Assembly (NCBI GenBank): GCA_963730185.1
Contig: CAVSQW010000015.1
Location: 512,001-576,000 of the forward strand
Direction of reading: 5' to 3'
Length of the DNA: 64,000 bases
DNA from: an uncultured Gemmatimonadales bacterium
GTDB lineage: Bacteria; Gemmatimonadota; Gemmatimonadetes; Gemmatimonadales; GWC2-71-9
The translations under genes were made by a program, and so were the position numbers. This document shows positions 31,470-40,294 of this stretch, piece after piece (within the stretch, counting starts at the first letter, position 1; every line of letters starts with the position of its first letter). The notes under the pieces are model-generated. The model saw nothing but the letters and a program-made list of their open reading frames with translations, was not told the origin of the DNA and made no database searches.

Positions 31470-32515
31470 CAGTCGATCTCCCAGCGCGAGGCGCCGTCCC
31501 AGACCCGCCGGAGCCACCGCACGGTTGCGGCGGTGCCGGCTTCCACGTCGATCGGCGGCGGCCCGCAGACGGCCAGAGTCGGCGCCAGCTCGACGACCGA
31601 GGGCGTGATCACGTTGGCCAGGCGGAACGACGTGAAGGGAAATCGGGAGACGCCGATCGTCCGGACCCCGTCGCCGATCAGGGCCAGGGTCCGGGCCAGG
31701 GCCCGCGGCAGGGTCCGGATCCGGGGAGCGTCGAGCGCCCGGCGGAACCCTTCGGCCCAGTCCTCCAGGGCGATGGGCGGGTCGTCGGCCAGATAGAAGG
31801 TCCGGCGGTGCACGTCGGCCGCCGGCGCCTCGAGCAGCCGGCGATACTGGTCGACGGTGTTGCCCACGAAGCCGTACGACTTGAGGGTGGGCCCGCCGGC
31901 GACGTGGACGTAGCGACCGTCGCGCACCAGGCGGAAGAAGGTGAGGTAGTGCGGGTTCATGCCCGGGCCCCAGATGGTGGTGGGCCGGACCAGGCACCAG
32001 GACCGGCCGGCGCCGTCGGCGGCGCGCCACCGCCGCTCGGTCTCCACCTTGCTCTCGCCATAGGTGGTGGTCGGCTGGTAGTCGTCGTCCCGGGTGGGCC
32101 GGTAGCCCATCGTGCAGACCAGCTGGCTCGAGGTGCACACCACCCGGCCGACCGACGGGGCGTCGGCCAGGGCGTCGAGCAGGGCGGTGACCCCGTCGGT
32201 ATTGGCGGCGTAGCCCGCGATCCCGCACCGCTCGTCGAGGTCGGTGCGGGCGGCCAGATGCACCACCGCGGCCGGCCGGGCCAAGGCAAGGGTCTTGGCC
32301 AGGCGCTCCGGATCGAGCAGGTCGCCCACGTGCTCGGTGTAGCCGGGAAGGTCGCGGCCGGACGCCTCCCGGTCGTATCCGTGGACCCGATAACCGGACG
32401 TGGTGAGGTGCCGGACCAGGTGGCGGCCGATGAACCCCGCGGAGCCGGTGACCAGGATGGTGCCCGGCGGCGCGACGGGAGCCTCGCCCCGGTCGGGCGG
32501 CGGGGCGGCGGTCAT
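31469..32515 (-). CDS. NAD-dependent epimerase/dehydratase
   Basis: ILVTGSAGFIG, VVHLAA, YGESK, RPTTIWGPG. Confidence 0.85.
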   Translation of the reverse strand: MTAAPPPDRGEAPVAPPGTILVTGSAGFIGRHLVRHLTTSGYRVHGYDREASGRDLPGYTEHVGDLLDPERLAKTLALARPAAVVHLAARTDLDERCGIAGYAANTDGVTALLDALADAPSVGRVVCTSSQLVCTMGYRPTRDDDYQPTTTYGESKVETERRWRAADGAGRSWCLVRPTTIWGPGMNPHYLTFFRLVRDGRYVHVAGGPTLKSYGFVGNTVDQYRRLLEAPAADVHRRTFYLADDPPIALEDWAEGFRRALDAPRIRTLPRALARTLALIGDGVRTIGVSRFPFTSFRLANVITPSVVELAPTLAVCGPPPIDVEAGTAATVRWLRRVWDGASRWEID

Positions 32516-34251
32516 CCGGATTTGGCCACCAGGTACGGACCCACCGCCAGCAGGTCGATGTCGTTCCGGAGAAAGCAGGCGACCGCCTGGGCCGGGGTGT
32601 CGACGATCGGCTCGTTCTCGTTGAAGCTGGTGTTGAGCAACACCGGCGTGCCGGTCCGTTCGGCGAAGGCCGAGATCAGGTCGTAGTAGGCGGGGTTCTG
32701 CTCCCGGTTGACGGAGTGGAGCCGCCCGGTCGCGTCCTCGTGGCAGACGGCCGCCAACTCGGCCCGGCGCTCGGGGCGGATCCGGACCACGTGCATCATG
32801 AAGGGACTCTCGATCGTCTGCTCGAAATAGTCGCCGACCGCCTCGGCGAGGATCGAGGGGGCGAACGGTCGAAACGACTCCCGGCGCTTGACCTTGGCGT
32901 TGATGATGTCCTTCATGCCGGGCCAGCCGGGATGGGCCAGGATGGACCGGTTGCCGAGGGCCCGGGGGCCCCACTCGCTCCGGCCCTGGTACCAGCCCAC
33001 CACCAGGCCCTCGGCGAGGGCGTCGGCGACCCGGGTTAGGACTTCCTCCGGCGCCAACGGGTCCGCCGGCAGGCCCGCCTCCCGGAGCGCCGCGGCGATC
33101 TCGGCCTGGTCGTGAGCCGGGCCCCAGTAGGTGGCCCGCACCGGAGCCGGCCGGGCACCCCCGCTCTCGTGCCAGGCCTGGAGGGCGGCCCCGACCGCGG
33201 TGCCGTCGTCGCCGGCGGCGCCGTGGATGTACGTTCGGCGGAACGGCGTGTCCCGGAGAATCCGGGCGTTACAGACGCCGTTCAAGGCGCAGCCACCGGC
33301 GGCGACCAAGGTGTCGACCGGCACCTGGTCGTGGAGCCAGCGGAGGCACTCGACGACCAGGTTCTCGAAGTGCAGCTGGCAGCTGGCGGCCAGGTCGCGT
33401 TCGCGCTGGGTCAGCTCCGCGCCCCGGCGCCGGGGCGGTCCGACCTCGGCGGTCAGGGCCTCGGCGTGGTAGAGCGGTGGCACGATCAGCCGCCCCTGCT
33501 CGTCGAGCAGCTCCTCGTGCGGGCGTTGGAGCAGGCCCGAGAACCAGGCGCCGTCCATCCGATACTGTCCCCGTCCGGCGTAGGACACCATCCGCTCCAT
33601 CAGGGGCAGGTAGGTCGGCCGGCCGTAGGCCGCGAGCCCCATCACCTTGTACTCCTCGCCGAACTCGTCGAAGCCGATGAACTGGCAGAGCGCGGTGTAG
33701 AAGTAGCCGAGCGAGTGGGGCAGGTGGACCTTGTCGATCACGTCGATGTCGCCGTCGCAGCGAGCGTAGGCCCCCGAGACGAAGTCGCCCGACGCATCGT
33801 ACGAGAACCCGGCCGCGGCGACGAAATCGCTCCCCCAGTAGCTGCTGGCGAGGTGGGCCAGGTGGTGCTCCACGTGGACCAGGCGAAACCGGCACTCGCT
33901 CCGGTCGACGCCGCACTCGCGGGCGATCCGGTCGGGCAGGGCGTCGAGCTGCCGCTCCCGGGAGAGAAAGGTTCGGGCGGAGCCGACCACCCGGGCCGGA
34001 TTGCGGACGGCGTAGCCGGCCTTGGCCAGCAGGTTGGCCTTCGGGTCGTGACCGACCGCCACGATGTCGACGTCGCGCATCCGGAGGCCGCCTTCGGCCA
34101 ACGCTCGAGCGATTGCGTGGGTCGGAAACCCGGCGAAGTGCTTGCGGCGCTCGCCGAGCCGTTCTTCGGCCACGGCGGCAACGACGGTGCCGTCTTTGAC
34201 CAAGCAGGCGGCGGCGTCGGCGTGAAAGGTATTGAGGCCGAGAATGTTCAT
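32512..34251 (-). CDS. NodU/CmcH-family O-carbamoyltransferase
   Basis: HADAAA..EER, HVEHHLAH, EYKVMGLAAYG, AGGCALN, GPRALGNRSILA, VKRRESFRPFAPS, LLNTSFNENEPIV. Confidence 0.93.
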   Translation of the reverse strand: MNILGLNTFHADAAACLVKDGTVVAAVAEERLGERRKHFAGFPTHAIARALAEGGLRMRDVDIVAVGHDPKANLLAKAGYAVRNPARVVGSARTFLSRERQLDALPDRIARECGVDRSECRFRLVHVEHHLAHLASSYWGSDFVAAAGFSYDASGDFVSGAYARCDGDIDVIDKVHLPHSLGYFYTALCQFIGFDEFGEEYKVMGLAAYGRPTYLPLMERMVSYAGRGQYRMDGAWFSGLLQRPHEELLDEQGRLIVPPLYHAEALTAEVGPPRRRGAELTQRERDLAASCQLHFENLVVECLRWLHDQVPVDTLVAAGGCALNGVCNARILRDTPFRRTYIHGAAGDDGTAVGAALQAWHESGGARPAPVRATYWGPAHDQAEIAAALREAGLPADPLAPEEVLTRVADALAEGLVVGWYQGRSEWGPRALGNRSILAHPGWPGMKDIINAKVKRRESFRPFAPSILAEAVGDYFEQTIESPFMMHVVRIRPERRAELAAVCHEDATGRLHSVNREQNPAYYDLISAFAERTGTPVLLNTSFNENEPIVDTPAQAVACFLRNDIDLLAVGPYLVAKSG

Positions 34252-34467
34252 GACCGAGAATCGCTCACGAATTCCGTCGCGCGGTGAACCGCCACACCAC
34301 ACCTGCGGAGCGGACGCGACACAATTCGAGCCCGGTCCAGGAGCGAATCGCGGATCGGCCCAGCGTCAGCGCCCCGATTCATGTCGGGTTCAGGCGGTCT
34401 AAGTGGTGGCAATGTAATCCCATAGCCATCTGTTAGCGCGAGAACTTGCATCCGCCGTTGAAGGCGG

Positions 34468-34484
34468 TCGGCACGGATGCTGCC
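34468..34484 (+). promoter_or_regulatory. Putative sigma54 (-24/-12) promoter of the PEP-CTERM gene
   Basis: CGGCACGGATGCTGC: GG (34470-71), N10, GC (34482-83); close to the TGGCACG-N4-TTGC consensus. Confidence 0.5.
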
Positions 34485-34551
34485 TAGAAGTTAAGCGTCA
34501 AATTTGGCGGCGGTCGTCGGGCCGCAATTCCTCATTTCGGACGAAGGTTTC

Positions 34552-35205
34552 ATGCGCATTCTTCGCTCTCTCGGACTGACGGCGGTTGGCCTGGCGCTCG
34601 TGGCGGGGGCAGCCCAAGCCCAGCAGCGGGTCAACTTCGACAACCTGACCTCGGGGCCGTTCGCCTGGCTGCCCGATGGGTACGACGGCTTCAAATGGTC
34701 CAACGGCTTCGTGATCGACCCTAACGCCTGGTTCGGTGGGGTGAGCGCGGCCGGCGGCTTCGGCCAGGGTCTGGATTCCCCCAGGATGCTGATGAGCAAC
34801 GGCGGCGGGAACATGCTCGTCCTGACCAGCATGAACGGTGGCCTGTTCAACCTCGCCGACGGCAAGTTCGGCTCCGCCTGGCGGGAGGGGATGACGCTCA
34901 ACATCCGCGGCTTCACCAACGGCAACCAGACGTTCTTCCGGACCGTGCTGCTCAACTGGGACAATCCCCAGTTCTTGAAGCTCGGCATCCGGGGCGTCGA
35001 CCGGATCGAGTTCGAGTCGTCGGGCGGCACCGTGGGCGCCGGTTTCGACGCGGGCAGCAACGCGGGCTTCACGGCCGACAACCTGGGGCTCGACTCCACC
35101 GTGACGCCCGAGCCCAGCACCTGGGTGCTGATGATCACCGGTCTGGCGGGTCTCGGTATCGTGGCCTTCACCCGGCGCCGCCAGATCCAGAAGCTCACCG
35201 CCTGA
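34552..35205 (+). CDS. PEP-CTERM sorting-domain surface protein
   Basis: Signal peptide ending AQA; C-terminus VTPEPSTWVLMITGLAGLGIVAFTRRR (PEP, TM helix, basic cluster). Confidence 0.9.
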   Translation: MRILRSLGLTAVGLALVAGAAQAQQRVNFDNLTSGPFAWLPDGYDGFKWSNGFVIDPNAWFGGVSAAGGFGQGLDSPRMLMSNGGGNMLVLTSMNGGLFNLADGKFGSAWREGMTLNIRGFTNGNQTFFRTVLLNWDNPQFLKLGIRGVDRIEFESSGGTVGAGFDAGSNAGFTADNLGLDSTVTPEPSTWVLMITGLAGLGIVAFTRRRQIQKLTA

Positions 35206-35221
35206 TCCCGTCCTTCTCCGA

Positions 35222-35260
35222 AACCGCTCGGCGGGCCCGTCACCGGTCCGCCGAGCGGTT
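35222..35260. terminator. 16-bp stem-loop between convergent genes (probable bidirectional terminator)
   Basis: aaccgctcggcgggcc / ggtccgccgagcggtt inverted repeat (one G.U pair), 7-nt loop. Confidence 0.6.
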
Positions 35261-36358
35261 CGGTGCGTCGGGGCGGTGGACCCGGAGCAGCTGATCGACC
35301 GTGCGCGCCACGGTTTCCTCCCAGCAAAAGTGCCCGGCCCGGCCGGCGGCCGTGTCGCGAACGGTTCGGCGCTCGGCGGTCGACAGGGCCAGCGCGGAGC
35401 GAATCCGGGCGGTCAGTCCGTCGACATCGCCGGCGGTGTAGTACGAGGCCCCGGTCTCGAAGAACTCGGGCATGGGCCGACACTCGGTCGAGATGCACAC
35501 CGCGCCTTGGGCCATCGCCTCGAGCGCCGTATTGGGGCAGGCCTCCACCCGGCTGGTCATCAGGAACGCCGCGCAGGACTCGTAGGCCCAGGCCAACTCG
35601 GGTGCCTGGAGCTGTCCGAGCCACCTGACCCGGCGCTGGACGCCCAGCGTCCGAGCGAGCGAGTCCATCTGCGCCTGATAGTCGGCGCTCCCGCTCCCGG
35701 CGATGGCGAGGATCACCTCGGCGTCGTCGGGCCGGTCGAGCCGGGCCAGCGCCCCGATCGCGTCCTCGAGCCCGCGGTAGGGCAGGAGCGAGCCGGCCGC
35801 GAGCAGGAAACGACGGCCGGCCAGGCCACCGGGCGGGTCGGTCGCGGGCCTGACCCGGTCGACCCCGTGGTACACGACGCCGACCCGGCCGGCGGGGATC
35901 CGCCACGCGGCTTGGACGTGATCGGCGACGAACCGCGAGACGGCCACGACCCGGGCGGCCCGCTGGGCGGCTCGCCTGGCCACTCGGGCCATGGCTTGTC
36001 GGCGGAGCCATCGCGCCGGAGATCCCGCCGGCTGATCCACGAACGGCTCCATGTTCCGCACCATGACCACGGCCGGCGCGCCGGCGTCGATCCACCGGGC
36101 CGTCGGGACAAAGACCACGTCGGGACGCCAGGCGCGGACCCGGGTGGCCAGCCGCGGAAATCCGAGCCACGGGTCGGCCGGCGGCCAGGCGAGGGCGATC
36201 TGATCCGCATCCAGCAGGGACTCCTCGCCCGGCGGGATCCCGATCATCAAGTCAGAGACCGCTGGATGGCGGAGGAGCAAGGGTGCCACCCGGCGCAGAT
36301 ACTTCCGATATCCACCGCTCAGACCGCCCTGGGTCAGGTTGAGCATCGCGACTCTCAT
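35240..36358 (-). CDS. GT4 glycosyltransferase
   Basis: VAVSRF, VVYHGVD, SRVEACPNTALEAMAQG. Confidence 0.88.
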   Translation of the reverse strand: MRVAMLNLTQGGLSGGYRKYLRRVAPLLLRHPAVSDLMIGIPPGEESLLDADQIALAWPPADPWLGFPRLATRVRAWRPDVVFVPTARWIDAGAPAVVMVRNMEPFVDQPAGSPARWLRRQAMARVARRAAQRAARVVAVSRFVADHVQAAWRIPAGRVGVVYHGVDRVRPATDPPGGLAGRRFLLAAGSLLPYRGLEDAIGALARLDRPDDAEVILAIAGSGSADYQAQMDSLARTLGVQRRVRWLGQLQAPELAWAYESCAAFLMTSRVEACPNTALEAMAQGAVCISTECRPMPEFFETGASYYTAGDVDGLTARIRSALALSTAERRTVRDTAAGRAGHFCWEETVARTVDQLLRVHRPDAPNRSADR

Positions 36359-37335
36359 GGGCGGGTTCCTCGCCCCACGACGAACCCGAGTCGCTCCACT
36401 GACACGTCCGCCAGGCCGGCCTGCTCGAACCAGCGCCGGAGCGTCCCGACCGATTGGGGCTGATCGAACGCCGGGGCCAGCATGTCGAAGGTGTCGAGCA
36501 CGGCCCAGGTCTCCAGCTGCTCCCGCGAGAGGGGGAGCACGCCCGAGTAGTCGGCGACCGGGACCAGGCGACGAAGCTGGCCGCCGACCACCGGAATGCG
36601 GCCGAGGCCGCGGCTCAGCGGGAGCAGCCAGGGGACGGCGCGCTGGAGCAGCCGGAACAGCCGATCCGCCGGCATCCGCCGGGTCACGGGCCTCAACCAG
36701 TACTTGGGCCAGACCAGGTTCCGCCAGAGCCGGGGATAGAGGTCCACGCCCAGGTGCCCGCCGGGGCGGAGCATCGGCGGGAGGGCGGCGAACGCTCGGG
36801 CCACGTCGGGGGTGTGCTGCAGGACCCCGAGGCAGTAGACGAAGTCGAACGAGCCGGGTTGGAAGGGCAGGGCGTAGATGTCGCCCTGCACGACGTCGAG
36901 CCCCGGGTGTCCCCGAAGGTTGGCCCGGCAGGCGTCGACGGCGCTGGAGGCATCGACCGCGACCACCGTCGCCCCGGCGTCGAGCGCGACCTCCGCGAAG
37001 CGGCCGGCGCCGGCCCCGGCGTCGAGCACCCGGGCGCCGGCCAGCTGCTCGGGCCGCCAGCCGGTGAACCGGTAGAACCGGTCGCGCGAGATGGGCGCTC
37101 CCGAATGGCTGTCGAGCTGGGTCCGGCGGAAGCGGTTCCACTGGAGGCCGAACGAGTCGGTGTAGCCGCGCTCGGGAACGAATCGGGGCACCCCCCGAAC
37201 GATCGGGTAGGTGGTGCCGTCGGCCGCGCGCAGGGTGCCGGTCTCGATCTCGTCCGAGGCGCCGTCGGCGTCGGCGAGCGCGAGCGGGGTGCCCGACCGC
37301 GGACACCGGAGCAGATCGAGGAGACGCCGGTTCAC
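36355..37335 (-). CDS. Class I SAM methyltransferase with N-terminal Trm112-like domain
   Basis: LLRCPRSG...YPIVRGVPRF; FGLQW; VLDAGAGAGRF; SFDFVYCLGVLQHTPD. Confidence 0.85.
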   Translation of the reverse strand: MNRRLLDLLRCPRSGTPLALADADGASDEIETGTLRAADGTTYPIVRGVPRFVPERGYTDSFGLQWNRFRRTQLDSHSGAPISRDRFYRFTGWRPEQLAGARVLDAGAGAGRFAEVALDAGATVVAVDASSAVDACRANLRGHPGLDVVQGDIYALPFQPGSFDFVYCLGVLQHTPDVARAFAALPPMLRPGGHLGVDLYPRLWRNLVWPKYWLRPVTRRMPADRLFRLLQRAVPWLLPLSRGLGRIPVVGGQLRRLVPVADYSGVLPLSREQLETWAVLDTFDMLAPAFDQPQSVGTLRRWFEQAGLADVSVERLGFVVGRGTRP

Positions 37336-39209
37336 GCCGCCACCTCGGGCAGCTCGATCCGGTGTTCCTCCCGCCAGAGGGCCAGGAACGCCAGGGCGAA
37401 CAGCCGCTGACCGTTGTGGAGTCCCCGCCGCTGTCCCTCGAGTAGCCGCTCGACGCCGGCCGGAGCGAAGAGCGCCGAGGGGGCCGCCCGCAGCGCGTCG
37501 GTGATCCGAGCGCCCCACTCGCCTCGAAGCCAGGCGGCCAACGGAATCGAGAACCCCCGCTTTCGGCTCAGGTCCAAGGTCGGCGGCAGCACCCGCTCGG
37601 CCAGGAGTCGGGGGAGGATCTTCCGGTGCCGAACCGAGGCGCGGTACCGGTCGGGCACTCGGCCGAAGGCAAACTCGACGATCCGCCGGTCCAGGAACGG
37701 CGCCCTGACCTCGAGCGAGGCCAGCATGCTGGCCCGGTCGACCTTGACGAGGATGTCGTCGGGGAGATAGGACGCGAAGTCGGCCCGAGTCAGGCGTTGG
37801 AGCGTGCCCCCGACGGCGGCCGCCGCACGGGCGCGATAGCGTTCGCCGGGGGCGTCGGGACGGGCCGCCGCCAGGAGCGGCGAGAGCCGACGCCGGGTGG
37901 CGGCATCGAGGTAGAGGCCGCTTCGGGCCACGGCCTCGAGGGGGTCGAGGCCCACCGTCTGGAGGTAGGTCCGGCCGCGGAAGCCGACCGGCAGCTGGGC
38001 GGCCGAGCGGCCGATCAGGTGGCGAACCGGCGACGGCAGCCAGCGGCGGACCCGGTCCTGGGCCAGGCCGACCTGGTAGAGGTGGTACCCCCCGAACAGC
38101 TCGTCGCCCCCGTCCCCGCCGAGGGCCACGGTGCAATGGGGGCGAATCAGCCGCGACACCAGGAAGGTCGGGAGCATCGAGGAGTCGGCGATCGGCTCGT
38201 CGTACTGGTGTACCAGCGCCGGCAGCAGGTCGAGCGAGGCCGACTCGGCCACCAGCTCGTGGTGCTCGGTTCCGAAGTGGTCGGCGACCAACCGGGCGTA
38301 CGGCGCCTCGTCGAACGCCCCGTGCCCCGGAAACGAGATCGTGAAGGTGCGGACCGGCCGGCGGGAGGCTCGCGCGGCCAGGGCGACGACCAGGCTCGAG
38401 TCGATCCCGCCGGAGAGCAGCACGCCGACCGGCACGTCGGCCACCAGCTGCTCGGACACGGCGGTGGCCAGCAGCCCCTCGAGCTCGGCGGCCAGGTCGT
38501 CGGGTGACGCGGCGGCGGTGGGCGGTGCCGGCAGGGCCCAGTAGCGATTCACGCTCGACCGTCCCGACTCGAGGTCGAAGGTCAGGACCGAGCCGGGGGC
38601 GAGCTTGGCCATGCCGTCGACGAGGCAGGCCGAACCCGGGACGTAGCCGAAGGCGAGGTAGGCGTCGAGGGCGCCGGGGTCGAGCACCCGGGGGAGGGCC
38701 GGATCCGCGAAGAGAGCTTTGAGCTCCGACGCGAAATGGAGCCGGCCGCCCGCCAGACGGTAGAAGAGCGGCTTCTCGCCGGCCCGGTCGCGGGCGAGCA
38801 CCAGCCGGCGCTCCGCGAGATCGTAGAGGGCGAAGGCGAACATCCCCCTGAGCCGGTCCAGGCAATCGAGGCCCCAGGCCTGGTAGGCCGCCAGCACCAC
38901 CTCGGTGTCGGAGTGCCCGCGGAACCGGACTCCCCGCTCGGTCAGCTCGGCTCGGAGCTCGGCGAAGTTGTAGATCTCCCCGTTGAAGGTGAGGGCCAGG
39001 GCGCCGTCGGCCGAGAGCATCGGCTGGTGGCCGGCGGCCGAGAGATCGAGGATGGCGAGCCGCCGGTGGCCGAACCCGACCCGTCCATCCGCGGACCACC
39101 ACTCGCCGGCGTCGTCGGGGCCCCGGTGGCGGAGCGCGTCCCGCATCGCGGGCAGGGGAGGGCGGGGCTCCCATGCTTTGGTGGCCGCGACGCCGACGAT
39201 GCCGCACAT
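37332..39209 (-). CDS. asnB: AsnB-family glutamine amidotransferase (polysaccharide-associated)
   Basis: MCGIVG, HRGPD, GHRRLAILDL, FNGEIYN, LLSGGIDSS, GDGGDELFGGY, KVDRASM..SLEVRAPFLD. Confidence 0.93.
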   Translation of the reverse strand: MCGIVGVAATKAWEPRPPLPAMRDALRHRGPDDAGEWWSADGRVGFGHRRLAILDLSAAGHQPMLSADGALALTFNGEIYNFAELRAELTERGVRFRGHSDTEVVLAAYQAWGLDCLDRLRGMFAFALYDLAERRLVLARDRAGEKPLFYRLAGGRLHFASELKALFADPALPRVLDPGALDAYLAFGYVPGSACLVDGMAKLAPGSVLTFDLESGRSSVNRYWALPAPPTAAASPDDLAAELEGLLATAVSEQLVADVPVGVLLSGGIDSSLVVALAARASRRPVRTFTISFPGHGAFDEAPYARLVADHFGTEHHELVAESASLDLLPALVHQYDEPIADSSMLPTFLVSRLIRPHCTVALGGDGGDELFGGYHLYQVGLAQDRVRRWLPSPVRHLIGRSAAQLPVGFRGRTYLQTVGLDPLEAVARSGLYLDAATRRRLSPLLAAARPDAPGERYRARAAAAVGGTLQRLTRADFASYLPDDILVKVDRASMLASLEVRAPFLDRRIVEFAFGRVPDRYRASVRHRKILPRLLAERVLPPTLDLSRKRGFSIPLAAWLRGEWGARITDALRAAPSALFAPAGVERLLEGQRRGLHNGQRLFALAFLALWREEHRIELPEVAA

Positions 39210-39211
39210 GG

Positions 39212-40288
39212 TCAGGCGCTCCGCCGGGGCCGACGCCCCGCGAGCACCGCGTCGTAGGCCCGGTCGTACTGCTCCACGATCCGGGGCAGGTCGAACGGCT
39301 CGACCCGACGGCCCGCGGCCCGGGTCCGGGCGCCCACGTCGCTCCGGTCGGTCAGGGCGGCGCGAATGGCCTCGGCCAGCTGGGTCGGGTTCTCGGGGTC
39401 GACGAACCAGGCCGAGGTCGAGTCGAGGATCTCACGGTGGGCGGGAATGTCGGACACGATCACCGGCCGGCCGGCCGCCATCGCCTCGAGCACCGCATTG
39501 GGACGTCCCTCGAACGCGCTCGGGTTCACCACCACGGCCGCGCTCCGGATGACCGACCAGGCGTCGTCCCGGCGTCCCAGGAATCGAACCCGGTCGGCCA
39601 GGCCGAGCCGGGCCGCCAGCGCTTCGAGGGCGGCGCGCTCGGGACCATCGCCGCAGAGAAACAATTGAGCGTCGGCCGGGGGCGACCCGTCGGCCAGGGC
39701 GTGAAGCAGGGTGGCCACCCGCTTCTCCGCGGACAGCCGGCCGACGAAGACGACCGCGTTCGGAGGGAGGTCGACGGCCGGGGCGTTCCGAATCCGGTCC
39801 AGGGGCAGCGCGTTGCCGATGACTCGGCGCGGCGTCGCCGGCGCCGCGGCGGTCCAGTAGGCCGCCCCGCCCTCGGAGTTGGCGACGATCAGGTCCGCGC
39901 TCCGCGCCAATCGGGCCCGAAGCGATTGCTTCCAGCTCGCCGGATAGGCGGCGGCGGAGGATCGCTCGGCCAGGACCCAGGGCCGGCCCGTCAGCCGGGT
40001 CGCCAACCCGGCGGCGACGTCCATCTGGGTGAGCCAGGTCTGCACCAGGGCCGGGTTCACTCGGGTGGAGAGCCGGGCCAGAGCCCACACCAGTCGGGGG
40101 TCGGTGTTGCTCGCTACCCCGATCGGGTGGGGGTGGACGCCGGCCCGCTCGAGGGCCTCCAGGTGCGGTCCGGCCCGGACGAAGGCGACGTGGACCTCGT
40201 GCCGTTCGGCCTGGGCGGCCGCGAGGAGGCCCAGCTGTCGTTCGGCGCCACCGGTCTCGAGCGAGCTGATGCAGTGGAGGAGGCGCAT
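39212..40288 (-). CDS. GT4 glycosyltransferase
   Basis: GGAERQL, IVANS, VGRLSAEK, PSAFEGRPNAVLEAMAAGRPVI. Confidence 0.9.
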   Translation of the reverse strand: MRLLHCISSLETGGAERQLGLLAAAQAERHEVHVAFVRAGPHLEALERAGVHPHPIGVASNTDPRLVWALARLSTRVNPALVQTWLTQMDVAAGLATRLTGRPWVLAERSSAAAYPASWKQSLRARLARSADLIVANSEGGAAYWTAAAPATPRRVIGNALPLDRIRNAPAVDLPPNAVVFVGRLSAEKRVATLLHALADGSPPADAQLFLCGDGPERAALEALAARLGLADRVRFLGRRDDAWSVIRSAAVVVNPSAFEGRPNAVLEAMAAGRPVIVSDIPAHREILDSTSAWFVDPENPTQLAEAIRAALTDRSDVGARTRAAGRRVEPFDLPRIVEQYDRAYDAVLAGRRPRRSA

Positions 40289-40294
40289 GCCGGG

